DNA of 64,000 nucleotides from Chiloscyllium plagiosum (GCF_004010195.1 NC_057750.1:2672112-2736111); one strand, 5' to 3'. Positions 1-13,350 are shown, counted from the first letter of the stretch. The notes: generated by a model not told the origin, from the letters alone. Translations and numbers: made by a program.

Positions 1-559
1 TGTGTTTTGAAGAAAGCAGTGTGCATGTTCTCCATTCCCTGCACTCTGCTTTCTCCCACCTGCCCTGGCCGTCAGCACCACCACCAACCCCATAAATGAG
101 ACTGATCTGGCGAAGAAAATAAGCCTATTTAGTTTCCAGTGACTGGATGTGATGGTATTATGTTGTTGGAGAAAGGGCTTGTCTGAATTTGCATGAGCAA
201 TTAAAGTAACTGTTTGTTTTTGTTTGACCATGGTGAGGAGTGAGCCTAATCTTACATTCACCTCCACCTGAAACTAGAAGTCTGGCTGTTGCTTGGCTCA
301 TCCACACTTTCTTCTTCAACAAAGCATTATTGAAACCAGATGGGCTTCTCTCATTAACAGCTCAGGCTGATATGAGCTACAACAGCACAGACTACAAATG
401 TTGTCTGACATTTTCCAAGTCTGTGTCTCACTACATGGCCAGAAGAACTTCCAGAGATGACATTGACTACCCTTGACATCAAGGCAACATTTTACCAAAT
501 GTGGCACCAAGGAGTCTCAGGAAAACCAAAATCAGTGGGAATCGGGGTGGGGAGAGACC

Positions 560-1410
560 ATCATCAGTACATAGAAGGTGGTTATGGTTGTTAGAGCTCA
601 AGCGTCCCAGCCCCAGGACATCTCTGCAGGAGTTCCTCAGGGTAGTGTCCTAGATCCAACCAACTTCAGCTGCTTCATCAATGACCTACCTTTTCATTCA
701 TAAGGTCAGAAATGGTGATGCTGACTAATTGTACAAAGTTCAGGAACTCTTCACATTGAAGCAACTTGTGTTCATATGCAGCAAGACCTGGGCAACATCC
801 AGTTTTGGCTTGATAATATCTGTACCCCAAAAATGCCAGGCAATGACTATCTCCTGCAAGAAGGAATCTAGCTATTCGCTCTTAATGTTCAATAGCTTTA
901 CTGTCATTGGGTTCACTGTTGACCAGAAACTGAACTAGATTAAGCATATAAATGGTTACAGGAGCAGTTCAGATGCTAGGGATTTTAAGGCAAATAATTC
1001 ACCCACCTGCCTCTCAAACCTTCCACAGTTTACAAGTCAAGTTAACACTCTGGTGGAATACTCTCCTCATGCCTAGGTGAGTGCAATTCAGTATCAGCAA
1101 TGCATACCATCTGCAAGGACACACTGTAGTAACTCAGCAAGACTCCTCTTGCAACATCGTCCAAGCCTGCACCCACCTCCACACAAAGAACAGGGGCAAG
1201 AGGACAATGGAAACCCCATCCTCTGATCTGCAGACCATTCCTGACTTGGGGCTATGTTATAATTCTTTCAATGCTGAGTCAAATCCTGGAACTCACTCCC
1301 TAAAACACTGGGTGTAGCTACATCTCTAAAAGGGAAGTTCATCGCTACTTCCTTCAGGATAATTTAGAGATGGCCAATATATTCTGATTTAGCCAGCAAT
1401 ATTCTATCCG
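560..1410 (+). mobile_element. Old CR1/L2-group LINE, RT and 3' end remnant
   Basis: Around 635-690 it reads PQGSVLDPTNFSCFINDL (RT motif), followed by a decayed ADD-like motif and a 3' end resembling those at 57225-57465/59460-59530. Confidence 0.65.
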
Positions 1411-1719
1411 AGGAATAAATTTGAAAGTAAAATCATTCCCTGAACAAAACAGATGGACCAAAATTAATTATTAAAACCATGTCTGAATCTTTATCCATTA
1501 CTTCAGCGAAGGAAAGTTATTTTTATTAACTTGTTCTAATGCTCCTCTGGAGCAGGTATGATTTGAACCCAGACCTCCTGTCTCAGCTGTAGGGACACTA
1601 TCATAAAATCTGCATTATCATTGACTGCATCTCATTTCCAAGCTGTGTTGCTTTACAGTAGGGCTGTGTGATGAATTAGTAATCCAGAGGCCTGGGCTAA
1701 TCTGTAAATAGAAGTCGAG

Positions 1720-2053
1720 TGATTAGATTAGATTCCGTACAGTATGGAAAAAGGCCCTTCAGCCCAACAAGTCCACACCGACCCTCCAAAGAGTATCCCA
1801 CCCAGACCCATTCTCCTACCCTATATTTACCCCTGATTAATGCACCTAGCACTATGGGCAGTTTATCATGGCCAATTCACCTGATCTGCACGTCTTTGGA
1901 CTGTGGGAGGCAACAGGAGCACCCGGAGGAAACCCACGCAGACACGTGGAGAATGTGCAAACTCCACACAGACAATTATCTGAGGCAGGAATTGAACCCG
2001 GGTCCCTGGTGCTGTGAGGCAGCAGTGCTAACCACTGAGTCACTGTGCCGCCC
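1720..2053 (-). mobile_element. HE1-type tRNA-derived SINE
   Basis: Minus strand begins GGGCGGCACAGTGACTCAGTGGTTAGCACTGCTGCCTCACAGC with B-box GGTTCAATTCC, and ends in a (GATTA)n tail at 1720. Confidence 0.9.
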
Positions 2054-4439
2054 ACATTAACTTCTGATACTTACTTCTTGAAGGTTGGTATTAGTCAAAA
2101 ATGTGATCCTGAAACCGTCCAATTATTTACTTTCTTGTCCAAAAGGCAGCACTGCAGCATTCAGTATTGCACTGAGGAATTGGATTATACTACAGCAGTG
2201 TTTTGTGCATTAATTTAGAATGTATTTAGTTTTGCACAAGAAGTCAAGTTCTCAAATCTGTTTTTCCAGTAGTTTATTACATTCTAAACAATCTGTTGGC
2301 AATAATACGGTGATTCTCCGTTGGTTCTGCTGGCTTGAGATGGTATTGAAGATATTGTATTTCAGTCTGGCTGCAATCTAAGGAGTGTGTTCATCTCCTC
2401 CTGGCGCCTGCAAGCTTGAATTAACACACAGGACCTGTTCGACACTGCAGGATAAAAAGAGCCCTGTACCTTTTGTCAGATCAACCGAGTCCTTAGTGGA
2501 AGGCTAGCTGGAAATGAACAAAAGCACAGCAGAAAGGAATTATAATGTTTATAATGATAACGTGTTGGGAAGTAAGAGAACCCTGCCTGTTGTCCTGAGT
2601 GCTGCTGAATGTCTTCTACAGGAACCATTTGTATATGACCAGATCCTGCTGCTGTTGTGTTTTTGTTAATTAAGACAATGTTCCTTTGGCCAAGAGATAA
2701 AGGGGGGGAAGGTTTTTTTAGGGGAGATTGATAAAGTCAGCTATTTAATTGTGCAACCTCAATAGTTTACCCAGATCAGTTGCCTTCATTCACATAAGCC
2801 TTGCAGAAGGAAAATTTATCGCAGAACCTGAGTGGGGATCAGCAGAAATGTTAAATAGTTGTACTGTACATGAGAAATGTTCAGCCACCTATATGTAAAT
2901 TGCCGAAGGAACATAATCATCAGAGAGGAGAAGACCATTCAACCCATTGATGCTATAGTTCTGATATTTGTAACTTTTTCAGCAAGTTAATTGTGTTTTT
3001 CAACTTAGTATATTTCGCAAGTCAGGTAATTTGTAGGGGAGGGTAATGAAGATGACTCAAAAAAAAGCAAGAGCTGCTGATGTCTATTTTTTTTTTTGAA
3101 ATTTGTTCACAGTTCTCTGAACTTGAACCCATGTTTAGTTTCTGCAGTTATTGTCTGGTGTCATTCGCCTTTTGGAGTAAAGTCATGAGACTCAGCGAGC
3201 TAACAAAAGTCTTGTGTGGTTTAGATTATTTTTATTCTATAATCTATCCTCTATAGACCAATCAAAGGCATGCTGCAGTATGGAGTGGAATATCTTGTGG
3301 TATTGGTGTACAGACCATTATTAAGTGTGTCCGCAAGTGGGTACATTTTCCAGGAAATGTGGTTTTTGTGGATCATTCTCCTTTCGGAGAAGGCTGTGCT
3401 GCTTATCTGAAGATCTCAAGAACCATATCCTCCCTCTCCAGCAATTTTTATTTCATTTACTTCATCTGTCCGAAGTAAACCTTGTCAATTTTGTTTATTT
3501 GGGTTGATTTAGAAATAGATACATCGTATTAACAATTTCAGTGTGTTTGTACCTATAAATAGAACCCGCTGGTAGAACTGTGGCTGAGTTCACAACTGTT
3601 CATGGTACTTGACGGAATTTGGGTGGGGTGCTGGTAGTAGCTCTCTAGCCCATTTCATTGCTGTAATTGGCTGCAAGGTTTAATGATGAGGAACAAGGCA
3701 ATATGCTGTGGCCATTGCCTAAATTCACTAAAGTCTACATCAAATGCTTGTGGATGTTGTAGAGAAGGCTCAGGCATGACTGTCATCATCATCCCACAGT
3801 TCATTAAGGGTCACTTGTTTGTCGCTGGTTTTATCAGGGTTCTCTGGCACTTTCAGAACTGTAGTATATCAGAAGACAGCAATTTGATAAAAGGGGTAAC
3901 TAAGTGTGGGATGGATCAAGTTACTCAAACACTTACATGTAGGGATAGTGGTTAAGAGAGTAGGCCAAACAACCAAAGAGTCTATTTTTGTGCTGTATGA
4001 CTGTAATATCTGGAATGGGGTCCTATTTGGAGTTTGCTGTTCCCTTCAAGTTGGCACCTTCTGGCAAGTCCTGCAATTGACAAGGCCCCAGTGGAGGAGC
4101 AATTAAGATTTATTAAGAAGCAGCTCAAACCAGTTCCTCATTAAATGTGGCAGCCAGGCTTTCTGTGTTAGAGTGTATAAAACTAGCCAATTTAGTATGA
4201 CTTACAATAAAATGCTTAATTAAAGGTGATTAAAATGAGCAAAGGAGAAAGGAACGCTCTGTTTCTGTTGCCATTTCTACCTTTTTCCAGGAACTGTTCC
4301 TTCCTCTCCTACCTGAGAAGGAGCTTGTTATTTGGTGAGTGTCTGGTAAATGATTAACGTTATTCCATTCCTACGGTTCAGTGTAATACAGCAGCTGAAG
4401 GTAAAGTTAATTAAATAGGCAAAAACAAGTAAGCATGCA

Positions 4440-4681
4440 ATTAAGTAAATAATGAACTAGTTAATTATAGCACATGAAGGATGTCAAAACAGATGTGTTA
4501 CAGTTGTAGTATGTAGAAGTTCCTGGAGACCATTTTTGTCCAGTGCAAATACATCTGCAGCAAGTGTTTGTTCAAGCAATTTCAATTCAGTTTGAGCTGA
4601 AGATCAAATTTCAAGCACTGATGCATCAGTGAGGGGGAGCCTTCTGGATTTTTTTGTCCAAAGATGCAGTTAGTAGTTTAG
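4440..4681 (+). mobile_element. CR1 LINE ORF1 5' part (Cys-rich N-terminus), interrupted by the PLE
   Basis: Decayed MCYSCSM...YICSKC motif at ~4494-4570, typical of CR1 ORF1. Continues at 8172 across the AGTAGTTTAG duplication. Confidence 0.6.
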
Positions 4682-4974
4682 TTTAAAAAATTCACAACAC
4701 CAGGTTATAGTCCCAACAGTTTTATTTGGAAGCACTAGCTTTTGGAGTGCCGCTCCTTCATCAGATGGTTGTGGAGGTTAAGATGCTCACAGAATTTATA
4801 ACCAAAGGCCTCCAGTGTCATGGAGATGTGATACAGTAAACAATCTTGGGTAGAAACTTTCACCTTTTATAATGGGATATGCTGGTTTCTCTTCTTTGAT
4901 ATGTAAATCCCAGAACTACTTTTAAATGACACCACCATACAACCCTGCCACAGCAGCCGCTGCAAGACATGTCA

Positions 4975-7076
4975 GTGTTAGTGGGCCAAGACCAATTATA
5001 CCGAAATTAGGCAGCAGCTGGGAAACGTGGATTGGACACAGCTATTTGAAGGAAAGTCCACATTTGATATGTGGGAGGCTTTCGAAGATCGTGCAGGATA
5101 GGCATGTCCCTTTGAAAACAAGGGATAGGAAAGGCAAGATTCGTGAACAGTGGAGAAATCTTGTGACTAGCCAAGAGGAAACGGCAAGCGTACAAAGGGC
5201 CAGGCAGCTAAGAACAGAACGGACCTTGGAGGAATATCGGGAGAGTAGGACCAATCTTAAACAAGGAATCAAGCAGGCTAAAAAAAGGTCACTAATAACT
5301 TTATTGAGCAGAATTAAGGACTTTATTCTTATATAAGAAGCAAGAGGGTAATTAGAGAAAGGGTTGGTCCACCAAAGGATAAGGAAGGAAGGTTGTGTGT
5401 CGAATCTGGGAAAATGGGTGAGATTCTCAATGATTACTTTGCATCAGTGTTCACTGAGGAGAGGGATATGATGAATCTTGATATTAGAGATAGAAGTTGG
5501 TTTACTCTGAATCACGTTGACACAAGGAGGTAAGATGTGTAGGCTAAAGGATATTAAGGTGGACAAATCCCCAGGACCGGATGGGATTTATCCCAGGTTG
5601 CTAAGAGAGGGAATAGCTGGGGCCCTGACAGATATTTTTGTAGCATCCTTAAACACAGGTGAAGCACCAGAGGACTGGCAGGTTGCTCATATTATCCCTC
5701 TGTACAAGAAGAGTAGTAGGGATATTCCAAGTAACTACAGACCAGTGAGTCTGACGTCAGTGTTGGGAAAGTTGCTGGAGAAGGTACTGAGGGATAAAAT
5801 CTATTCATATTTTAAGTAAAATGGGCTTATCAGTGATGGGCAACATGGTTTTGTGTGGGGTAGATCCTGCCTTACCAACTTAATAGATTTCTTTGAGGAA
5901 GTGACCAAGTTGATAGATGAAGGAAGAGCGGTAGATGTCATATACATGGACTTTAGTAAGGCGTTTGATAAGGTAATAAGTCACATGTGTGCAGGGTGTT
6001 CTATAAAGAACAGGACCAGAGAGTAGTAGTTTGAAGGGAGTTTCTCGAAGTGGAGAAAGGTGACCAGTGGTGTTCCAGGGATCGGTGCTGGGCCCACTGT
6101 TGTTTATGATATACATCAATGATCTGGAAGAGGGCACTGTTGGTCTGATCTGTAAGTTTGCAGATGACACTAAAATTGGTGGAGTAGTAGAAAGCATAGG
6201 AGATTGTAAAAGAATACAGGAAGATATAGATAGAATGGAGAGTTGGACGGAGAAGTGGCAGATGGCATTCAATCCAGGCAAATGTGAGGTGATGCATTTT
6301 GGGAAGTCTAATGCTAGAGCGAACTAAACTGTAAACAGAAGAGCTTTAGGAAAAGTTGATGAGCAGAGAGATCTTTTGAGTTCAGGTTCATTGTACCCTG
6401 AAGGTGGCTGCACAGGTGGATCAAGTGGCCAAGAAGGCATATGGTATGCTTTCCTTTATTGGACAGGGTATTGCGTATAAGAGCTGGCAGGTCATGTTAA
6501 AATTGTACAAGACTTTGGTTTGGCTGCATTTAGAATCCTGTATACAGTTCTGGTCGCCACATTACCAAAAGGATGTGGACACTTTGGAGAGGGTGCAGAG
6601 AAGCTTTACGAGGATGTTGCCTGGTATGGAAGGTGCTAGCTATGAAGAGATGTTGAGTAAGTAAGGATCCTTTTCATTAGAGAACAGGAGATTGAGGGGG
6701 GACTTGATTGAGGTCTACAAAATCCTAAAGGATTTAGACAGGGTAGATTGAGATAAGCTTTTTTCCCAGGGTGAGGGATTTATTAAGAAGAGGTCATGCA
6801 TTCAAGGTAAGAGATGAAAAGTTTAAGGGGGATATATGCGGCAAGTACTTTACACAGCTGGTGGTAGGTGCCTGGAATGCGTTGCCAGCAGAGGTGGTAG
6901 AGGCAGGCACGGTAGATTCATTTAAGATGCTTCTGGACAGATGCATGAGTAGGTGGGGAGCAGAGGGATACAGATACTTAGGAATTGGGCGATAGGTTTA
7001 GAGAGTGGATTTGGATCAGCTCAGGCTTGGAGGGCCAAAGGGCCTGTTCCTGGGCTGTAAATTTTCTTTGTTCTTT
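4975..7076 (+). mobile_element. 5'-truncated CR1 (HER1-like) LINE ORF2, inserted in the PLE
   Basis: KSPGPDGIYPRLL, NYRPVSLTS, QGSVLGPLLF, FADD (6157-6168), CIQFWSPHY, LERVQR motifs with stops and frameshifts; short TTCTTTG-type 3' tail. Confidence 0.93.
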
Positions 7077-7379
7077 GTCAACACGGGTAACATCGTTGCA
7101 AGCAAGGATGCCCTGAGGCATGGTGCATTGGCAAGAGCGAGCAGACGCTACGACAGCAGATGAATGGACACCGCACAACAAATCACCAGGCAGGAGTCTT
7201 CCCTCCCAGTTGGGGAACACCTCTGTAAGCCAGGGCATTCTGTCTCAGACCTTCGGGTGACCATACACCAAGGTGGACTTCGGGACAGGCAACAATGGGA
7301 ATGTACCCATGGGAATGGCCTCAACCAGGACCTTGGGTTCATGTCACACTACAGGTGACCCCATTGCATGATTCTCTGT

Positions 7380-7565
7380 CTCTGTCTCTCCCTCTGTCCT
7401 TCTCGTTCTCTTTTTTTACTTGCACGCTCTTCCTGTCTTTCTTTCTTCTCTCCTTCTCCCCCTCTCACACATACACACTTAACCAAGGTCTCTCACACTC
7501 GATCATGTGCACTCACACCCACACGCTCACATGTGCATTCCATCTTTTGCTCCTGCATACGTGCA
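7380..7565 (+). repeat. Degenerate (TC)n/(CA)n low-complexity tract in the PLE 3' region
   Basis: Pyrimidine-rich then CA-rich degenerate dinucleotides. Confidence 0.7.
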
Positions 7566-7641
7566 CATTTTTGCAGAATTACATTTTATTTTGCTCAAGA
7601 ACTGCATGAATCCATGTAAAACTGTACAGACGGTTTGTCAG

Positions 7642-7801
7642 GAGGAGCAAGTGAGGACTGGAGATCAGAGCTGAAAATGTGTTGCTGGAAAAGCGCAGCA
7701 GGTCAGGCAGCATCCAAGGAGCTGTCCGAAACGTCGATTCTCCTGCTCCTTGGATGCTGCCTGACCTGCTGTGCTTTTCCAGCAACGCATTTTCAGCTCA
7801 T
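7642..7801. mobile_element. Fold-back PLE-derived insertion, family B
   Basis: Arms GAGCTGAAAATGTGTTGCTGGAAAAGCGCAGCAGGTCAGGCAGCATCCAAGGAGC and its reverse complement; TSD ACGGTTTGTCAG at 7630-7641 and 7802-7813. Confidence 0.85.
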
Positions 7802-8047
7802 ACGGTTTGTCAGTCTGGCTTAGCATTGGGACACAGGCTTCACACCTATTGTTTAAAAAACTGAGCTAACTTGAGAATGTAATTTAAAAGAAGTTCTGGG
7901 GTTTACATATCAAAGAACAGAAACCAGCATATCCCATTCTAAAAGATGAAAGTTTTAATTTAAGATTGTCTACTGTATCACATCCCCATGACACTGGACT
8001 CCTTTGGCTATAGATTCTGTGACCATGATCTTAACCTCCACAACCAC

Positions 8048-8076
8048 CTGATGAAGGAGCAGTGCTCCGAAAGCTA
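8048..8076 (+). ncRNA. Minimal hammerhead ribozyme core (family A)
   Basis: CTGATGA-A-GGAGC-AGT-GCTCC-GAAA-GCTA; stem I start CAC/GTG; palindromic AGCT stem III. Confidence 0.75.
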
Positions 8077-8171
8077 GTGCTTCCAAATAAATCTGTTGGT
8101 CTTTAATCTGGTGTTGTGTGGTTTTTTTTTAAACTTTGTCCACCCCAGTCCAATACTGGCACCTCCAAGTC

Positions 8172-8760
8172 AGTAGTTTAGGATTAGGTCATTGGATTTG
8201 GTCAAGTGTTCACGGACAGGAGAGTGTGAGTGAGGCAGGTGAGTGCCCAGATGGCTGGAGTCCCAGTATTTGTAATTGCCCAATGGATTTGGGGTTCTTA
8301 CAGCTACATTGGATGTTCTCTCCAGCGAAGAGAATTAGTTGAGACAACTGTGTTGCCAGCCCGGTGGCATGGTTTTGGAGGCTGCTCTCCACTGGATTGG
8401 AAATAGAAGGGGTAGGAGCCAGTTGTTGTGATCTGTGTAGGTGCTGCTGACAAAGGCAGGTCAAGGAAGAAGGTTATGTATAGTCAGTATGGGGATCCAG
8501 GTGCCAGATTAAGAAGCAGAACCTCAAACCTCTGGATTATTACCCAAGCCATGTGCAAATTGGCGTAGGGAAGTCAGATTAGGGAGACAAATACATTGCT
8601 CAAAGGTTGGTGTGGGAACAGTGTATTCTGACCAGTACTGTGGAATGTGGGGTCTATGCTGTTGGGATAGTCTCTATCTGAACTGTGCTGGGGTTAGTAT
8701 CCCTGCCAACAAACTACAGAAGAAGAGACGATTTTAAACTAAATCTTGGGAGGAAGGAAT
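8172..8760 (+). mobile_element. CR1 ORF1 continuation (SGNH esterase-like remnant)
   Basis: SGLLPKPCANWRR and LKGWCG-like motifs at ~8531-8616; contiguous with 4440-4681 across the TSD. Confidence 0.55.
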
Positions 8761-9898
8761 CAAATTTGGTAAGAGGTGTTAAATCGGAGTCAAGTCAAGA
8801 CTGAAGAGAAAGGAGTTACTAAGGTTAATGACTGTCACAGCAAAGGGTAGAACACAAATATATAAATAACTGTGTTGAGATTTTGGTTTTTGGCTGTTTG
8901 ATGCCAGCCTATGTTGCAACCGGAGTAGAGATGTTAGGTAAGTGAGTGCCTCCTAAATACAGACTGAGGCTATCACACAAACCAAGGAAGGTATCCATAC
9001 GACTTGGAAGCTGGGCTGTGTTCCTGCCAGGACACACTGATCCACGAGACTGACCAGGAACTTTACAAGCTGGCTGTGCGTATTGCTGTCTGACACAAAC
9101 AGATGATGCAGGTTCTACTGTACTGTACAGCTGCATTGTAGCTGACAAGAATGGAAAATGGTGGCACCCCCTGTGGGCTAGCTGGTAGCACCATGATGAT
9201 CAGTGGTGATAGCAGCTTGGTGCAGTGAACACACTGCCGGGAATAACAAGACATGTGCAGTGTTTGTGGCAGAATCAGTTATCAGGATCTGAACTGTGAT
9301 TTGTTGGTTGTGTGTTAAGCACTTTGTGTCCCTGGAAGGATATCGTAGCAAGTGTATATTGACTGAATAATCTGTGTGATCAGCTGAGGGTGGTGGGGAT
9401 TTTTTTTTTAAATAAAATCCATAGCTGTGCAAATGATTTGGGTAACTGTGGCCTTGACTGTGATATAGGGAAGACTGACAGCACTTGGTAACCCATGACT
9501 GCTGATGACAAACTCCCTAACCCCTGATCAGCTTCTGGCACGCAATATTTATAAGCTGCTATCTTTGTTGTGATGCATCACAGTCATTTGAAGCATTTAG
9601 TTGAATTAAATTGCTTTGTGCATATTGTTATCAGTCTCTTCCTTTACATATTTTTCTTTTGGAAAAGAACATTAAGCAGTTTGTTATAGATTTTAAAATA
9701 AAAAATGGGGAAACTAATTCTATTGACCCAGCAGGGCAGTTGCAGAGTAATAAATAGAAACTTAATTCAAAGTGTCTGAGTACTTCAAAACTAAACTATG
9801 GATACTTGACCACTTGTGAAATCTTAGCAAGCCTCCATTTTGCAAGTTTCAGATCTCCTTGTTTAGCAGGTTGTTGAAAGCACTGTTTGGCAAGGATG

Positions 9899-10097
9899 AT
9901 TTGGAGGTGCCATGTGTTGGACTGGGGTGGACAAAGTTAAAACTCTCACAACACCAGGTTATAGTCCAACAGGTTTATTTGGAAGCACTAGCTTTCAGAG
10001 CGCTGCTCCTTCTGATGAAGGAGCAGTGCTCTGGAAGCTCGTGCTTCCAAATAAACCGGTTGGACTCTAACCTGGTGTTGTGTGATTTTTTTTAAAC
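9899..10097. mobile_element. Fold-back PLE-derived insertion, family A
   Basis: CACAACACCAGGTTATAGTCCAACAGGTTTATTTGGAAGCACTAGC and its inverse; TSD TTTGGCAAGGATG at 9886-9898 and 10098-10110; hammerhead core at 10012 mutated (GGAA). Confidence 0.88.
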
Positions 10098-10579
10098 TTT
10101 GGCAAGGATGTTTATAATCTTTTGTTTTTTTTTGGAAGGTCTTAAAGAGGCCATTTCCAAGGCAATGAAAGTAATTTCACGTTTTTAAACAGGTGAGTTG
10201 GCCTCAAGGTGAGTTGGCCTCAAGTTGACTCACCAAGTCAAGTGGTAAACATTGTAGGTCTTGCCAACTCCTCTGGTCAAGCTTTTCACTGTTCACACGC
10301 TGGAAGTGTAAATGAATGATTAGTCTTGTATGTATGCATGCTGTTTCTGTGGTGGATAAAGGTGTGAGATACTGTGGAAACTTGTGTGTCAAAAGTGGAT
10401 AGCATGGTTCCGGAGTGAGTCGTTTGAATGCCTGTCAGGCTGGGTTTTGTGTTAGGTAGGGGGCTTGTTTGATGTGGCCATCTGAAACTATACACTGCCT
10501 CCAGGGACTTTCTTACAAAAACAACAGCAGAGTGATTTGTGGAGGTATTCAGCAACATTAGCAGTAGTATTGCCCTAGA

Positions 10580-11110
10580 GAGCGTTCAAGTGAGACTTGT
10601 TCCCAGGATGGTGGGATAGACCTGTGAAGAGCTATTGGGCAAACTTGGCCTGTATTTTCTAGAGATTGGAAGACTGAAGTGATGTTATTAAATGTTGAAA
10701 GGTGTAGTCAGGCTGGATGCAGGTAAAATGTCTCCCTTGCTCTCTGTCGCTCTCCCTTTCTCTACAAACTACCACCACTAGCCCCCCCTCCACCCTCAAA
10801 ACATCAGGGCATCTAGAATAAGGGGATATTGTACAATTTAAAAATATGGGGGGCTGCTACTTAAACCCACGATGAGGAGAATTTCTTTCACTCTGTCATG
10901 GTGCTTTGGAATTCTCTGCCACAGAGGGCTACGGAAGCACAGTCTTTGAATATTTTTAAGATAGAGATTGATAGATTTTTGATTACTATCTGCATGCAGG
11001 AATGTGTGTGGGGTGGGTAAAAGGCATTGGTGAAGTTGATTAGCAATGATCGTATTGAATGGTAGGACAAGCGCAATGGGATGAATGGCCGAAGTCCTGT
11101 TCCTGTGTTC
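10580..11110 (+). mobile_element. Old CR1 LINE 3' end
   Basis: Decayed LERVQ...LFSLE...WNSLP series (tggaattctctgcc at ~10908) and CR1-like 3' UTR. Confidence 0.65.
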
Positions 11111-11938
11111 TTATTTCTCTTGTGGATGTTGATTCTGGATGGCATTTTATAAAAACATGCCATCCTGAATTGATACAGGAATGAAGGAAACTATACAGGC
11201 AATGCCTGTGCTAGCTCTTTGACAGAGCTATTCTACCAGTCTCACTCCCTTTTATTGTTTTCTGCATAGCTCTGGGCATCTTCTAAGTGCTCAATAATTC
11301 CCTGTCAAAAGTTACTATTGAATCTGCTTCCACTGCTGTTCATATCTCCACTCCATTTTAAAAAGTATTTTTCTGTCGCTAAATATCTTCAGTCTTTGTC
11401 CCCTGCTTTCTGACTCTTCCACCAATGAAATGTTTCTCCTCATTTGCTGTATCAAACTTCTCATGATTTTGAGCACTTGCATTAAATTTCAACTTTCTCT
11501 GCTCCCTTCTTCCTGAAGGAGAATTTCAACTTCTTCAACAGCAGGAAGAGGCTGTTCAGCCCCTTGAATATTCTATGCTATTCAGGAAGATCATGGCTGA
11601 TCTACTTCTGTTTTGAATTCCTTACTCCCAGGTACACCTAAACCTTTAACTTCCCTTGCTTAACAAGAATCTATCTGTCTGTGCCTTAAAAAGAAATTAA
11701 TGGCCCCATTTCCAATACCGCCTGAAACAGATTGTTCAAAGTCTCTGAACCAGCGAGGAAATATCTTATTCTCACAAACAAGATGAGAAATTGCTGGAAA
11801 AACTCAGCAGGTCTGGCAGCATATATGGAAAGAAAGCCTTATTATCATGACTGGCTAGGGTAGTGAGCCAAAAAGTAAGCCCCACTATTCCCAGAGTAGT
11901 CATACATATGAAAACATTTAGCCAAGCTATCTAAATAT

Positions 11939-12210
11939 GGGTGACACGGTGGCTCAGTGGTTAGGATTTCTGCCTCACCGCACCAGGGACCCAGGTTCGA
12001 TTCCAATCTCTGGCGAGTGGAGTTTGCACATTCTCCCTGTGTCTGCATGGGTTTCCTCCCACAGTCCAAAGATGTGCAGATCAAGTGAATTGGCTGTGAA
12101 TTTCAGAGGGAAATGGGACTGGGTGGGTTACTCCTTGGAGGGTCAGTGTGGACTTGTTGGGCCGAAGGGCCTGTTTCTACACTGTAGGGAATCTAATCTA
12201 ACCTAATCTA
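11939..12210 (+). mobile_element. HE1-type SINE
   Basis: A-box TGGCTCAGTGG (11950-11960), B-box GGTTCGATTCC (11994-12004), (CTAAT)n tail. Confidence 0.9.
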
Positions 12211-13119
12211 AAATCCCCAATTTAGCTGCCTAATAAACTCTGGTTAAAAGAACACTCACCAGATTAGTACACTTAATAAGAAAATAACTGTTTATTCTGA
12301 ACAAATTGGCTTTATCCAATAGCCAATTTGAAATATGAGTTGCTAACCTATAACTTTTATAATTTAAATTCCTGTCTTAAATCCCTTCACAAGCACACGG
12401 GCAGAAAGACATTCAAATCGTGGATGTTAAGAGTGGAAAAAGATTTTTAAAATCTATGAAATGCTGTTCAAAAGCATCAGTCTAGACCACAGGATTTAAT
12501 TAGTTGTTACATTTTGGGTTCTTTCAATCTCTTTTTGCTCTTTGTTGATAAGAAGAGACTTGCATGTCAGTGCTGTCGTTGATTCATTGGTTGAGAATTT
12601 ACCACTTTGAGACTTTAAAGGTCATTTCCCCATGTTTCTGTCAACAGGGAAATTTGCAAAGTGAGCAGTTTACAGAGATTGGTGATCGGAAGCTAGCTGC
12701 CAGTTCTGGAAACTGTCCACATGAGAGAGATATGTGTAAACTTTGCTTCCTCTTTGCAGGTGATGTGCTTGCGCTGCACTGGCCCCACAGAAGCATTGGT
12801 CACCTGGTCAGGAACCAAATCAAGTATTAGCTTCAGTTCTGTTCTCTCTGCTTTTGCTCTCACTCTTCCTGGAAGAGCCAATATTATTCATAACTCTGTG
12901 CACTCCAGTAACGTGATTTGTAGAACTCGAGCCATCTTTTGAGGGTGGTCACGTCAGCCCTGATCTCATTGAATGGTAGAGCAAACTTTGATAGTCTGGA
13001 TGGCCTAAATCTGCTCCAATGTTTTTATGGTCTCTTCATACACTGTCTTATTGGTGTAAAGTAGAACTTTCTTTTTGTTTGGACTATGGATTTTAAAAAA
13101 AAAAGTCAAAAGGTGCTGA

Positions 13120-13350
13120 CTCCTCCCCCACTCTCTCTAACATCCCTTCCCTCACTCTCTGTAACCCTCCTGTACACCCCTCTCAGTCTATAATAAACCC
13201 CTCCCTCTGTACCCACCCCTCATTTCCCCATGACTCTGTAGCACACCCTGAGTCCCTCTCTCTAACTCATTCTGTATATCACTCCTCCCCTTAATCCACC
13301 CCCCCCCCCCGGCAAACCTGGTGACTCCTTGCCCTCTCTGTGCTTCCCCA
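13120..13350. repeat. C-rich degenerate low-complexity repeat
   Basis: Recurrent CTCTGTA/CTCTCTAAC units and C runs. Confidence 0.55.

Larger units (their letters stand above)
4682..8171 (+). mobile_element. Penelope-like element (family A) with inverted pseudo-LTRs and a GIY-YIG endonuclease remnant
   Basis: Inverted repeats ~4682-4925 / ~7882-8133. The right arm has a ~40-nt extension. TSD AGTAGTTTAG at 4672-4681 and 8172-8181. Coding remnants: TIQPCHSSRCKTC (~4935-4973), then CKQGCPEAWCIGKSEQTLRQQMNGHR and SLPVGEH...HSVSDLRV...GLNQDLGFMSHY (~7097-7355). Confidence 0.85.

Noticed and set aside
8910..9450. Possible solo LTR starting TGTTGCAAC
   Set aside because: No convincing CA end or TSD found.
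9899..10097. Fold-backs as miRNA precursors or classical MITEs
   Set aside because: Multi-copy, asymmetric, with long variable TSDs and linkage to PLE ORFs; no evidence for miRNA processing in the sequence alone.
11939..12010. tRNA genes at A/B-box sites
   Set aside because: Each continues into the HE1 SINE body and tail; no complete cloverleaf.
12215..12950. LTR-like segments here and at ~21030-21940
   Set aside because: Only compositional resemblance; boundaries and TSDs could not be established.
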